DNA from: Microcystis aeruginosa NIES-843
GTDB lineage: Bacteria; Cyanobacteriota; Cyanobacteriia; Cyanobacteriales; Microcystaceae
Direction: 5' to 3'
Assembly (NCBI RefSeq): GCF_000010625.1
Contig: NC_010296.1
Span: 4,050,001 to 4,082,000 of the forward strand
Length of the DNA stretch: 32,000 nucleotides
Shown piece by piece: positions 24,629-32,000 of the stretch. The stretch's first letter is position 1; each line of letters opens with the position of its first letter. A program made the translations under genes and the position numbers. Under the pieces are notes generated by a model. The model saw nothing but the letters and a program-made list of their open reading frames with translations. It did not search any database and was not told the DNA's origin.

Positions 24629-25984
24629 CTAGGAAATTTTCAGCCCGCGAATCGCATAATCTAATAATTCGATGGGATGAATAACGGGTGTATCTTTTCC
24701 CTGTAATTGTAGATGTTTTTTAATTTGTAGGGAACAACCCGGATTAGGAGAAGCAATCACCGCAGCCCCAGTATTTAATAAATTGCGTACCTTCTGCTGA
24801 CCTAATTCATCGGCAGTATCTGGCTGTAGCATATTATAAACTCCGGCACTGCCACAACACAAGGCCGCATCGATAGGTTCTTTTAAGTTAATATTGGGGA
24901 TTTTTTGCAATAATTGCCGTGGTTGCACGGAGATTTTTTGTCCGTGTAAAAGATGACAGGCATCTTGATAAACTAGGGTTAATTCTGTCTCGGTAATCGC
25001 GGATAAATCAGCAGTTAAACCCACTGCGGCTAAAAATTCTTGGGCATCGCGTACTTTAGCCACAAACTCCTTAGCCTTATCTTTATATTCAGGATCATCG
25101 GCTAAAATATGATGATATTCCTTGAGAGTATGACCACAACCCGCCGCATTGATAATAATATAATCAACCTCGGTTTCTGCGAAACTATCGATCATTTGTC
25201 TGGCTAAACTTTGTGCTTGTTTTTCCTGTCCTTGATGTGCGGGTAAAGCGGCACAACAACCCTGGGTTTTTGGGATAACCACTTCGCAACCATTGGCAGT
25301 TAAAACCCGCACTGTTGCTTCATTTACCGGCGAGAAAAAGAGGCGCTGCACACAACCTAAAACTACTCCCACTCGATAGCGTTTTTCAGTTTGGGAGGGA
25401 ATAACATCGGCATAGTTTTTAAACAAAGAGGACAGGGTAATTTTGGGTAAAATTGATTCCATCGCCGCTAGACGGGGAAAGAGCATTTTTAAGATACCCG
25501 ATTTCCTGACTAGGGTTTGTAATCCCAGGGTTTGATATAACCAGAGGAAGGGTAAAAATAATTTGAGACGGAGGGGATAGGGAAAGAGATTAAAAATGAG
25601 AAAACGAATAATTTTATCTTTAAAACTGCGGGGTTGATTGCGTTCCACTTGCGGACGAACTGCGGCGATTAATTGATCGTATTGTACTCCCGATGGACAG
25701 GTACTAACACAGGCTAAACAGCCTAAACAAGTATCAAAATGTTGGCTAGTGGTTTCGTCTAAAACTGCTTCCCCTTTGTTGATGGCATTCATCAGATAAA
25801 TTCTGCCCCGGGGGGAGTCCATTTCTTTGCCAATGACTCGATAACTGGGACAGGTAGATAGACAAAAACCACAGTGAACACAACTATCGATTAATTCTTG
25901 GGCAGGGGGATTCTTGGGGTCAAATCCTTGATTTTTTTGGTCGATTAATTCTTGAAAGTTAACGGAATGCTCGGAGGTTTGCAT
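24629..25984 (-). CDS. glcF: Glycolate oxidase iron-sulfur subunit
   Basis: 451 aa. Two 4Fe-4S ferredoxin motifs (CVHCGFCLSTCPSY, CLGCLACVSTCPSG) and two C-terminal CCG-type Cys-rich domains. It lies directly downstream of glcE. Confidence 0.85.
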   Translation of the reverse strand: MQTSEHSVNFQELIDQKNQGFDPKNPPAQELIDSCVHCGFCLSTCPSYRVIGKEMDSPRGRIYLMNAINKGEAVLDETTSQHFDTCLGCLACVSTCPSGVQYDQLIAAVRPQVERNQPRSFKDKIIRFLIFNLFPYPLRLKLFLPFLWLYQTLGLQTLVRKSGILKMLFPRLAAMESILPKITLSSLFKNYADVIPSQTEKRYRVGVVLGCVQRLFFSPVNEATVRVLTANGCEVVIPKTQGCCAALPAHQGQEKQAQSLARQMIDSFAETEVDYIIINAAGCGHTLKEYHHILADDPEYKDKAKEFVAKVRDAQEFLAAVGLTADLSAITETELTLVYQDACHLLHGQKISVQPRQLLQKIPNINLKEPIDAALCCGSAGVYNMLQPDTADELGQQKVRNLLNTGAAVIASPNPGCSLQIKKHLQLQGKDTPVIHPIELLDYAIRGLKIS

Positions 25985-25993
25985 GATTTTTAA

Positions 25994-27280
25994 TTAGATT
26001 TTGTTAAGAAAGCGTTCAGGACTAAAAATACCGTGAGGATCGAATTTAGTTTTTAGGGTTTTCATCATGGTAATCGCGTTACCTGTATAGCCCCAAGGTT
26101 CAATTTTTTCTTTTAGCGATGGGGGTGCGGTTAACACCGTTAAATAACCGTGATTTGCACTGCATAAAGAGCGAATTTTGTCAAGATTTTCCTCCGATTT
26201 TAAGATAACTTTACCCACCCCACTACTAATATTAATCGAGGCTAGTCCGTTAATTTGGTCGATAACTAGAGCTAAATTGCTAGGTAATAATCCTATTTTG
26301 CCGAAAAAATTGCCCTCTTGGCCGGAATTATCCATTGTTTTTCGGTATCTTTGCCATAGAGAAATTTCTTCCTCATCCCGATAATAATTAGTCTGACAGT
26401 CTAACTGTTGCCCTAAATAACTCACCTGTTGCGATTGTTCGCTAATACTTTCGGGAATGCTTTGAAAACGCAGCAGTAAAGCGACTTTTTCCCCTAATCC
26501 TAGTGCTTGCGTCATCCCTGGGTTTAAACATTCAGCCACGGTGGGAGTTAAGGCCGATTGCCGAATAACTTGACTCAATTTGCTAATATTTTCGCTATTT
26601 CCAGTGATTATCAGGGTTTCTGAGTTAGCAGTTTCGGGATACAGTCGTAGGGTAATCTGATCGATAATCCCTAAAGTGCCGTAGGAACCCGTAAATAGCT
26701 TCATCATGTCGTATCCCGCCACATTCTTGACCACACGCCCTCCAGCTTTAGCAATCTCGCCATCGTGACGGATAAAGGAGAATCCTAGGATCAGATCCCG
26801 GACACCACCGTATCTTTGCCGCCATGTTCCCGCGTCGGCTGTGGCTATAATACCGCCAATCGTGGCATTATCGGCGTAACTGGGATCAAGAGGAAGAAAT
26901 TGACCGCTAGGAGCTAAAAAAACCTGTAAATCCGCTAGTTTAAGCCCAGCTTGCACGGTTATAGTTAAATCTCCCCTAGCATGGTCAATAATCCGGTTGA
27001 GATTTTGGGTACTAACTAAAATATCGGGCGACTCGACTAACCCACCCCAATCTAATTTACTGCCTTGACCGTAGGCCAGTAAAGACAGACGATTTTCGTT
27101 GGTAAAACGCACCAGAGAGGATAAAGCGGTTGTATTAGCGGGATAAACTATAATTTCAGGACTTTTGCCCCTAATTGCCCTTGATAATCTTTCTTGTTCC
27201 TCTTTTGGCACTTGTTGCCAGGTGATAACTGTCGTGTCGGGGGGTAAAATAGAAGTTATCTGAACAGCGATCGCAGTCAT
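25994..27280 (-). CDS. glcE: Glycolate oxidase FAD-binding subunit
   Basis: 428 aa. FAD_binding_4/PCMH-type pattern (..GQGSKLDWGG.., ..VKNVAGYDMMKLFTGSYGTLGII..). 9-nt gap to glcF. Confidence 0.8.
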   Translation of the reverse strand: MTAIAVQITSILPPDTTVITWQQVPKEEQERLSRAIRGKSPEIIVYPANTTALSSLVRFTNENRLSLLAYGQGSKLDWGGLVESPDILVSTQNLNRIIDHARGDLTITVQAGLKLADLQVFLAPSGQFLPLDPSYADNATIGGIIATADAGTWRQRYGGVRDLILGFSFIRHDGEIAKAGGRVVKNVAGYDMMKLFTGSYGTLGIIDQITLRLYPETANSETLIITGNSENISKLSQVIRQSALTPTVAECLNPGMTQALGLGEKVALLLRFQSIPESISEQSQQVSYLGQQLDCQTNYYRDEEEISLWQRYRKTMDNSGQEGNFFGKIGLLPSNLALVIDQINGLASINISSGVGKVILKSEENLDKIRSLCSANHGYLTVLTAPPSLKEKIEPWGYTGNAITMMKTLKTKFDPHGIFSPERFLNKI

Positions 27281-27531
27281 ATTTTACAAAATAATTGAGG
27301 AGTGAGGAGTCAGGACTTACCGGCCGCTAATGGCGAAGAATGGGGGTAATGCTGGGGCTAATCAGTAATTTTCAGCCTCTGTTAATCAGATTACCTTAGT
27401 TTGTCCCTCCATCTCCGGTGTCGGGCAATTCCAGCCATACTGAAGCAGTAAAAAAGCTCTCTTGCATAAATCAAAAAATTTTCGGCAAATGTAGGGAAAA
27501 AGCGAAAGGTTAAAGGGAAAATTATCCTTTT

Positions 27532-27558
27532 GCCTCTTGCCTCTTGCCTCTTGCCTCG
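27532..27558. repeat. Heptamer tandem repeat (GCCTCTT)3 plus a partial unit
   Basis: gcctctt gcctctt gcctctt gcctcg. It is the reverse complement of the GGCAAGAGGCA motif seen at 22235-22259. Confidence 0.85.
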
Positions 27559-27657
27559 TCTCAACAAGCAATTTAAATTACGAACAGCTTAACTGCAAAA
27601 TTAGCCATACACTCGTGCCATAATGGTAGATTACCTCGATCAGTAAGCCAAGAAGTA

Positions 27658-28845
27658 ATGAGTGTAAATTGGACGAATAGCCGCGCCAAGCGATTAAGTG
27701 CCTTACCCCCCTACGTTTTCGCCCGCTTGGATGAATTAAAAGCCTTAGCCCGCAAAGAAGGACTAGATTTAATCGATTTAGGCATGGGCAACCCGGATGG
27801 TGCTGCCCCGCGTCCAGTTATCGAAGCGGCCATTCAAGCTTTTGAAACCCCCCAATTTCACGGTTATCCACCCTTTGAAGGAACCGCCAGCTTCCGAGAG
27901 GCGATCGCTAAGTGGTATGATCGCTCTTATGGTGTGGAACTCAATCCCGATAACGAAGCTTTACCGCTGCTAGGTTCCAAAGAGGGCCTATCTCACCTGG
28001 CTTTGGCTTATGTTAACCCAGGTGATGTAGTCTTGGTTCCCAGTCCCGCCTATCCCGCCCATTTTCGCGGTCCCTTGATTGCCGGGGCGACGCTATACCC
28101 GATCATTTTAAAAGCGGAACAGGATTGGCTGATAGATATCGATTCTATCCCCGAAGATGTGGCTAAACGGGCGAAAATCCTCTATTTTAACTATCCCAGT
28201 AACCCCACCGCCGCCATTGCCCCCCGGGAATTTTTTGAAAAAATCGTTGCTTGGGCCCGGCACTATGAGATTATGCTCGTCCACGATCTCTGTTATGCTG
28301 AATTGAGTTTTGATGGTTATCAGCCCACCAGTTTATTAGAAATTCCGGGGGCAAAAGAGATTAGTGTCGAATTTCATACCCTCTCGAAAACCTATAATAT
28401 GGCCGGGTGGCGCGTCGGTTTTGTCGTGGGCAATTCCGATATTATTCAAGGGTTACGCACCCTGAAAACCAATCTCGATTATGGCATCTTTTCCGTCATC
28501 CAAAAGGCGGCCGAAACCGCCCTACAACTGCCGGATGAATACGTCAAACAAGTACAGGAAAGATACCGGCAGCGACGAGATTTTTTCATCAAAGGTTTGG
28601 GGCAATTAGGTTGGGATATTCCCCCCTCTAAGGCGACAATGTATCTCTGGGTCCCCTGTAGCGTCGGTATGACTTCCACGGATTTCGCCCTTACTGTTTT
28701 GCAAAAAACTGGTGTCGTTGTCACTCCGGGCAATGCTTTTGGAGAGGGAGGGGAAGGTTATGTGCGCGTCAGTTTAATCGCCGATATGCCGCGATTAGGG
28801 GAAGCTTTACAGCGCCTCGAAGATGCGGGAATTCGCTATCAGTAA
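27658..28845 (+). CDS. Class I/II PLP-dependent aminotransferase (LL-diaminopimelate/alanine aminotransferase-like)
   Basis: 395 aa. ..LPPYVFARLDELK..IDLGMGNPDG.. and the PLP-lysine motif SKTYNMAGWRVGF. Substrate specificity cannot be read from the sequence. Confidence 0.85.
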   Translation: MSVNWTNSRAKRLSALPPYVFARLDELKALARKEGLDLIDLGMGNPDGAAPRPVIEAAIQAFETPQFHGYPPFEGTASFREAIAKWYDRSYGVELNPDNEALPLLGSKEGLSHLALAYVNPGDVVLVPSPAYPAHFRGPLIAGATLYPIILKAEQDWLIDIDSIPEDVAKRAKILYFNYPSNPTAAIAPREFFEKIVAWARHYEIMLVHDLCYAELSFDGYQPTSLLEIPGAKEISVEFHTLSKTYNMAGWRVGFVVGNSDIIQGLRTLKTNLDYGIFSVIQKAAETALQLPDEYVKQVQERYRQRRDFFIKGLGQLGWDIPPSKATMYLWVPCSVGMTSTDFALTVLQKTGVVVTPGNAFGEGGEGYVRVSLIADMPRLGEALQRLEDAGIRYQ

Positions 28846-28942
28846 GGAGAATTTTTCCCCCTGATTTACCCGCCAAATCCCTCTAGGCACTGGCTAAAAT
28901 TGCGATTATGATGGAATTTTATCGCGGTAGCTTGCCACTTCC

Positions 28943-29674
28943 ATGACCTACAGCTTAAGAATTGCCGATATTCCTGTCAGTGAAAGACCAAGGGAACGTT
29001 TAATCAGTGTCGGGGCAAAAAACCTCAGTAACGCCGAATTATTAGCGATTTTACTGGCTACAGGTCAAGGTAAGGGGAAACTCTCGGCGGTGGGTTTAGG
29101 ACAGCATATTCTCAACGAATTGAGTAAATATCGCCGGGATCCTTTGGACGTTTTGAGGGATATTCACCCCCAAGAATTAACCGCTATTCATGGCATTGGA
29201 CCGGCTAAGGCTACTACTATTCTAGCGGCGATCGAATTGGGAAAACGGGCTTTTCAACGACGACCGACGGAAAAAATGGTTATCGATAGTCCCGATACCG
29301 CTGCCGCTATCCTTGGCCACGAACTAATGTATCAGTCTCAGGAACGTTTCGCCGTTATTTTACTCGATGTCAAAAATCAGTTAATCGCACTCAAAGTGAT
29401 TACTATCGGCACAGCCACGGAAACACTGGTACATCCGCGAGAAATCTTTCGAGAAGTGGTTAAACAATCAGCTACTAAGTTAATTATCGCCCATAATCAC
29501 CCCACCGGGTCACTTGTGCCTAGTCAAGACGATATTTTACTCACAGAACAATTATTACAGGGGGCCACCTATCTAGCCATTCCTCTCCTAGATCATTTGA
29601 TCCTCGGTAATGGCAACTTCCAAAGTCTTCGCCAAATCACGGATCTTTGGGAAAAATATCCCCAAGAAGATTAG
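28943..29674 (+). CDS. radC: RadC-family JAB/MPN-domain protein
   Basis: 243 aa. ..[17 protein letters not shown].., a helix-hairpin-helix (IHGIGPAKA) and the JAMM motif HNHPTGS. Confidence 0.9.
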   Translation: MTYSLRIADIPVSERPRERLISVGAKNLSNAELLAILLATGQGKGKLSAVGLGQHILNELSKYRRDPLDVLRDIHPQELTAIHGIGPAKATTILAAIELGKRAFQRRPTEKMVIDSPDTAAAILGHELMYQSQERFAVILLDVKNQLIALKVITIGTATETLVHPREIFREVVKQSATKLIIAHNHPTGSLVPSQDDILLTEQLLQGATYLAIPLLDHLILGNGNFQSLRQITDLWEKYPQED

Positions 29675-29682
29675 ACCTCTTG

Positions 29683-29701
29683 CAACAATCAAAAATTGTT
29701 G
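29683..29701 (+). terminator. Hairpin after radC (weak terminator candidate)
   Basis: caacaat-caaaa-attgttg (7-bp stem) followed by ttgggttt. It starts 9 nt after the radC stop. Confidence 0.3.
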
Positions 29702-29778
29702 TTGGGTTTAGCTGGAAAAGGGAGCGAGTGCGACCGAAATCTGGGTAAAATTTGAGAGATACAATCGGTCAATTGGGC

Positions 29779-30804
29779 ATGGATTATAAAGAAGCGGGCG
29801 TGGATGTGGAAGCGGGACGCGCTTTTGTCGAGAAAATTCGCCAAAATGTGGAAAGTACCTTCCGTCCCGAAGTTATCGGCGGTTTAGGCGGTTTTGGGGG
29901 CTATTTTCAGTTACCTTCCGGTTATCGGCAACCGGTGTTAGTATCGGGAACTGATGGTGTGGGAACCAAGCTGAAAATTGCCCATAGTCTCAATTGCCAT
30001 GATACGGTGGGAATTGACCTCGTGGCCATGTGCGTCAACGATGTCTTAACCTCTGGGGCTGAACCTTTATTTTTCTTGGATTATCTGGCCACCGGTAAAC
30101 TGGAAGCGTCACAGTTAGCAGCGGTGGTATCGGGAATCGCTAGGGCCTGTCGTGATAGTGGTTGTACTCTTTTGGGAGGGGAAACGGCGGAGATGCCGGG
30201 GTTTTATTCGGCCGGAGAGTACGATTTAGCGGGTTTTTGCGTCGGTATTGTCGAAAAAAGTCAATTACTCGACGGCAGTAAGGTGCAAATCGGCGATGTG
30301 GCTATCGGTTTAGCCAGTAGTGGGGTTCACAGTAACGGTTTTAGTCTTGTTCGTAAGATTATCGACACCCAGGGCTTAAATTGGCAAGATTGCCCCGAAA
30401 TTTTGGCCGGCTCTAGCTTAGGTGAAGTTTTGTTAACTCCCACTAGACTTTATGTTAAACCTGTGCTAGAACTGCTGCGCTCTGGGTTAGATATTCACGC
30501 CATGGCCCACATTACTGGGGGGGGCATCCCGGAAAATTTGCCCCGCTGCTTAGGTAAAGGGCATTCCGTGCAGATTTACTGCGAAAGTTGGCCGGTTTTG
30601 CCGATTTTTCACTGGTTAGCCCAGATGGGTTCGGTTAATGCCGAAGCCATGTTTAATACTTTTAATATGGGTATCGGTTTTGTGATCATTGTCCCATCAG
30701 ATCTGGCTCGATCGACTATTAATCAACTCCAATCCTCTGGGATTAATGCCTACCAAATCGGCGAAGTGATTGCCGGTAAGGGGGAGATTGTTGGGCTTGA
30801 TTAA
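29779..30804 (+). CDS. purM: Phosphoribosylformylglycinamidine cyclo-ligase (AIR synthetase)
   Basis: The track ORF 29752.. (a TTG start) is trimmed to the ATG at 29779 ([13 protein letters not shown].., the usual PurM N-terminus). Motifs present: ..[13 protein letters not shown].. and DYLATGKL. Confidence 0.9.
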
Positions 30805-31008
30805 AGTTAGTTCAGGCTAAGAAGATTTTGCCATGAATTCCACCAAAAAATCAGGTTGACTGGCTGGGATAGCAGCAGAGTTTCGGCCTATCCCCAACCC
30901 AATTTATATTAAGTTTTTTTACTTAAGTAGTTATACTTAGTTTGCTTCTCGATAGAATTAGGTCAGAACCTGATAAGACACTTTTTCAGAGAAAAGGAGG
31001 TTATAGCC

Positions 31009-31218
31009 ATGCAAGGAACGCCTATCCCCCAACTATTAGGAGACCAGTGGTCTGGGAAAAAGGTTCTGGTGACTGGAGCTTCGGGATTTAAAGGCAGTTG
31101 GTTATGTAAAGCACTTTTGGAGCTTGGCACTCAGGTTTATGCTACTATTCCCATTCACAACGTCAGACACCCCCACTCAGCTTACCAACTTTTCGATCTG
31201 ATGTTTAAAAGCGATTGA
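31009..31218 (+). pseudogene. N-terminal fragment of an NAD-dependent sugar dehydratase/epimerase (CDP-glucose 4,6-dehydratase-like)
   Basis: 69 aa only. It has ..WSGKKVLVTGASGFKGSWLCKALLELGTQVYA.. (Rossmann GxxGxxG), then diverges and stops. Full-length members are about 350 aa. Confidence 0.6.
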
Positions 31219-31365
31219 AGTCAAACTTAATAATCCATCTCAATGGCAAGAAATTTGCCAGCAAGCAGAAAAATCTCGGTTCTTATGGAAAGATACTGTT
31301 AGCCAGTACATTACAAAATTGTATGAACATCAGAACGTCGAAAAATACATAAGGAGTTAAAGATC

Positions 31366-31692
31366 ATGTCTAGAGAATATCAAAGTAAAATCAACCAAAT
31401 ATATATGAGGTTATTTAGTGGAACAACTTGGGAATCTACTCTACCAGATATTTATGAACAGGCTGGAAAAGCTTATGCAGAAATCTATGAACTTAATTGT
31501 ACAAATGGATACTGGAAAAGAGCAGATGGCTTTGACAACACATTGATTTACTACATGGCAGAATGGATAAAAAATAACATTTTAAATAAGTTTATTTCGC
31601 TCCGTACTGCAAGAGAATTAGCGGATGAAATGGCAACACAGATTCTTGATTACTATCATACCAAGTACCTAAGTACAGGACAAAAAATCTAA
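31366..31692 (+). CDS. Hypothetical protein (108 aa)
   Basis: Good Shine-Dalgarno (AAGGAG 8 nt upstream of the ATG). No family recognised. Its 3' end lies in a 20-bp direct duplication. Confidence 0.45.
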   Translation: MSREYQSKINQIYMRLFSGTTWESTLPDIYEQAGKAYAEIYELNCTNGYWKRADGFDNTLIYYMAEWIKNNILNKFISLRTARELADEMATQILDYYHTKYLSTGQKI

Positions 31693-31745
31693 GGACTGCA
31701 AAAAGCTAAGTACAGGACAAAAAATGAAGATAAAGGAGAAAAGTC

Positions 31746-32000
31746 ATGTTGACAATTCAAGATACCCAAAAAGATAATTCCTTCGTGGCAGCTCGGAAAC
31801 AAACTGAAGAATACAAACGCTTGCAAGAAGTCCGTGAACAAAATATCCCTTGGAAAAAATGGGGTCCCTATTTAAGCGATCGCCAATGGGCTACTGTCCG
31901 AGAAGATTATAGTCAGGATGGTAATGCTTGGAACTATTTTACTCATGATCATGCCCGTTCTCGTGCCTACCGTTGGGGAGAAGATGGAATATTGGGAATT
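31746..32000 (+). CDS. GH63/MGH1-like glucosidase, N-terminal part (runs off the window end)
   Basis: The ATG at 31746 is preceded by AAGGAG. It reads ..[52 protein letters not shown], which matches my memory of the conserved N-terminus of this glucosidase family. Open to the window end. Confidence 0.65.
   Translation, partial: MLTIQDTQKDNSFVAARKQTEEYKRLQEVREQNIPWKKWGPYLSDRQWATVREDYSQDGNAWNYFTHDHARSRAYRWGEDGILGI

Noticed and set aside
27386-27571. 61-aa minus-strand ORF in the glcE/aminotransferase intergenic region
   Set aside because: It includes a translated heptamer repeat and has no RBS or family resemblance.
1-32000. tRNA, rRNA, tmRNA, RNase P and SRP RNA genes
   Set aside because: I scanned the intergenic regions by eye for T-loop (GTTCGAATC-like) and other conserved cores and found none. 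A covariance-model scan (tRNAscan-SE, Infernal/Rfam) would be the decisive check.

Overview
This is a cyanobacterial chromosome segment. The evidence is the housekeeping genes psbO, glcE/glcF, proS and purM, plus several exact GCGATCGC (HIP1) sites, e.g. near 6571, 13709, 22630, 27268, 27901 and 31878. The load of IS630 elements, MITEs, heptamer repeats and HicAB modules suggests Microcystis, but that is inference only; no searches were run.

Layout:
- 1-7.8 kb: membrane and transport genes (DUF3120-like, TauE/SafE, DUF2854-like, alpha/beta hydrolase, and an AT-rich solute-binding-protein/MscS pair).
- 8.1-15.4 kb: an accessory island of toxin-antitoxin modules (five HicA/HicB-type units in various states of decay and one YefM/YoeB pair). 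It encloses a three-gene cassette (coiled-coil protein, 79-aa protein, ~507-aa TPR protein) that is broken by a MITE and by an intact IS630-family element.
- 15.7-17.5 kb: proS.
- 17.9-21.1 kb: a mobile-element graveyard. A dead IS630-like element carrying two nested MITEs abuts a DNA methyltransferase pseudogene that holds a third MITE.
- 21.2-30.8 kb: core genes (psbO, phosphohexomutase, glcF, glcE, aminotransferase, radC, purM), separated by 7/8-bp tandem repeat tracts.
- 31-32 kb: gene fragments, a hypothetical gene and the start of a GH63-like glucosidase.

I found no rRNA, tRNA or CRISPR array. The best candidate for something undescribed is the twice-inactivated coiled-coil/small/TPR cassette inside the TA island, and its function cannot be read from the sequence. 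All similarities were judged by eye and all family names come from memory.
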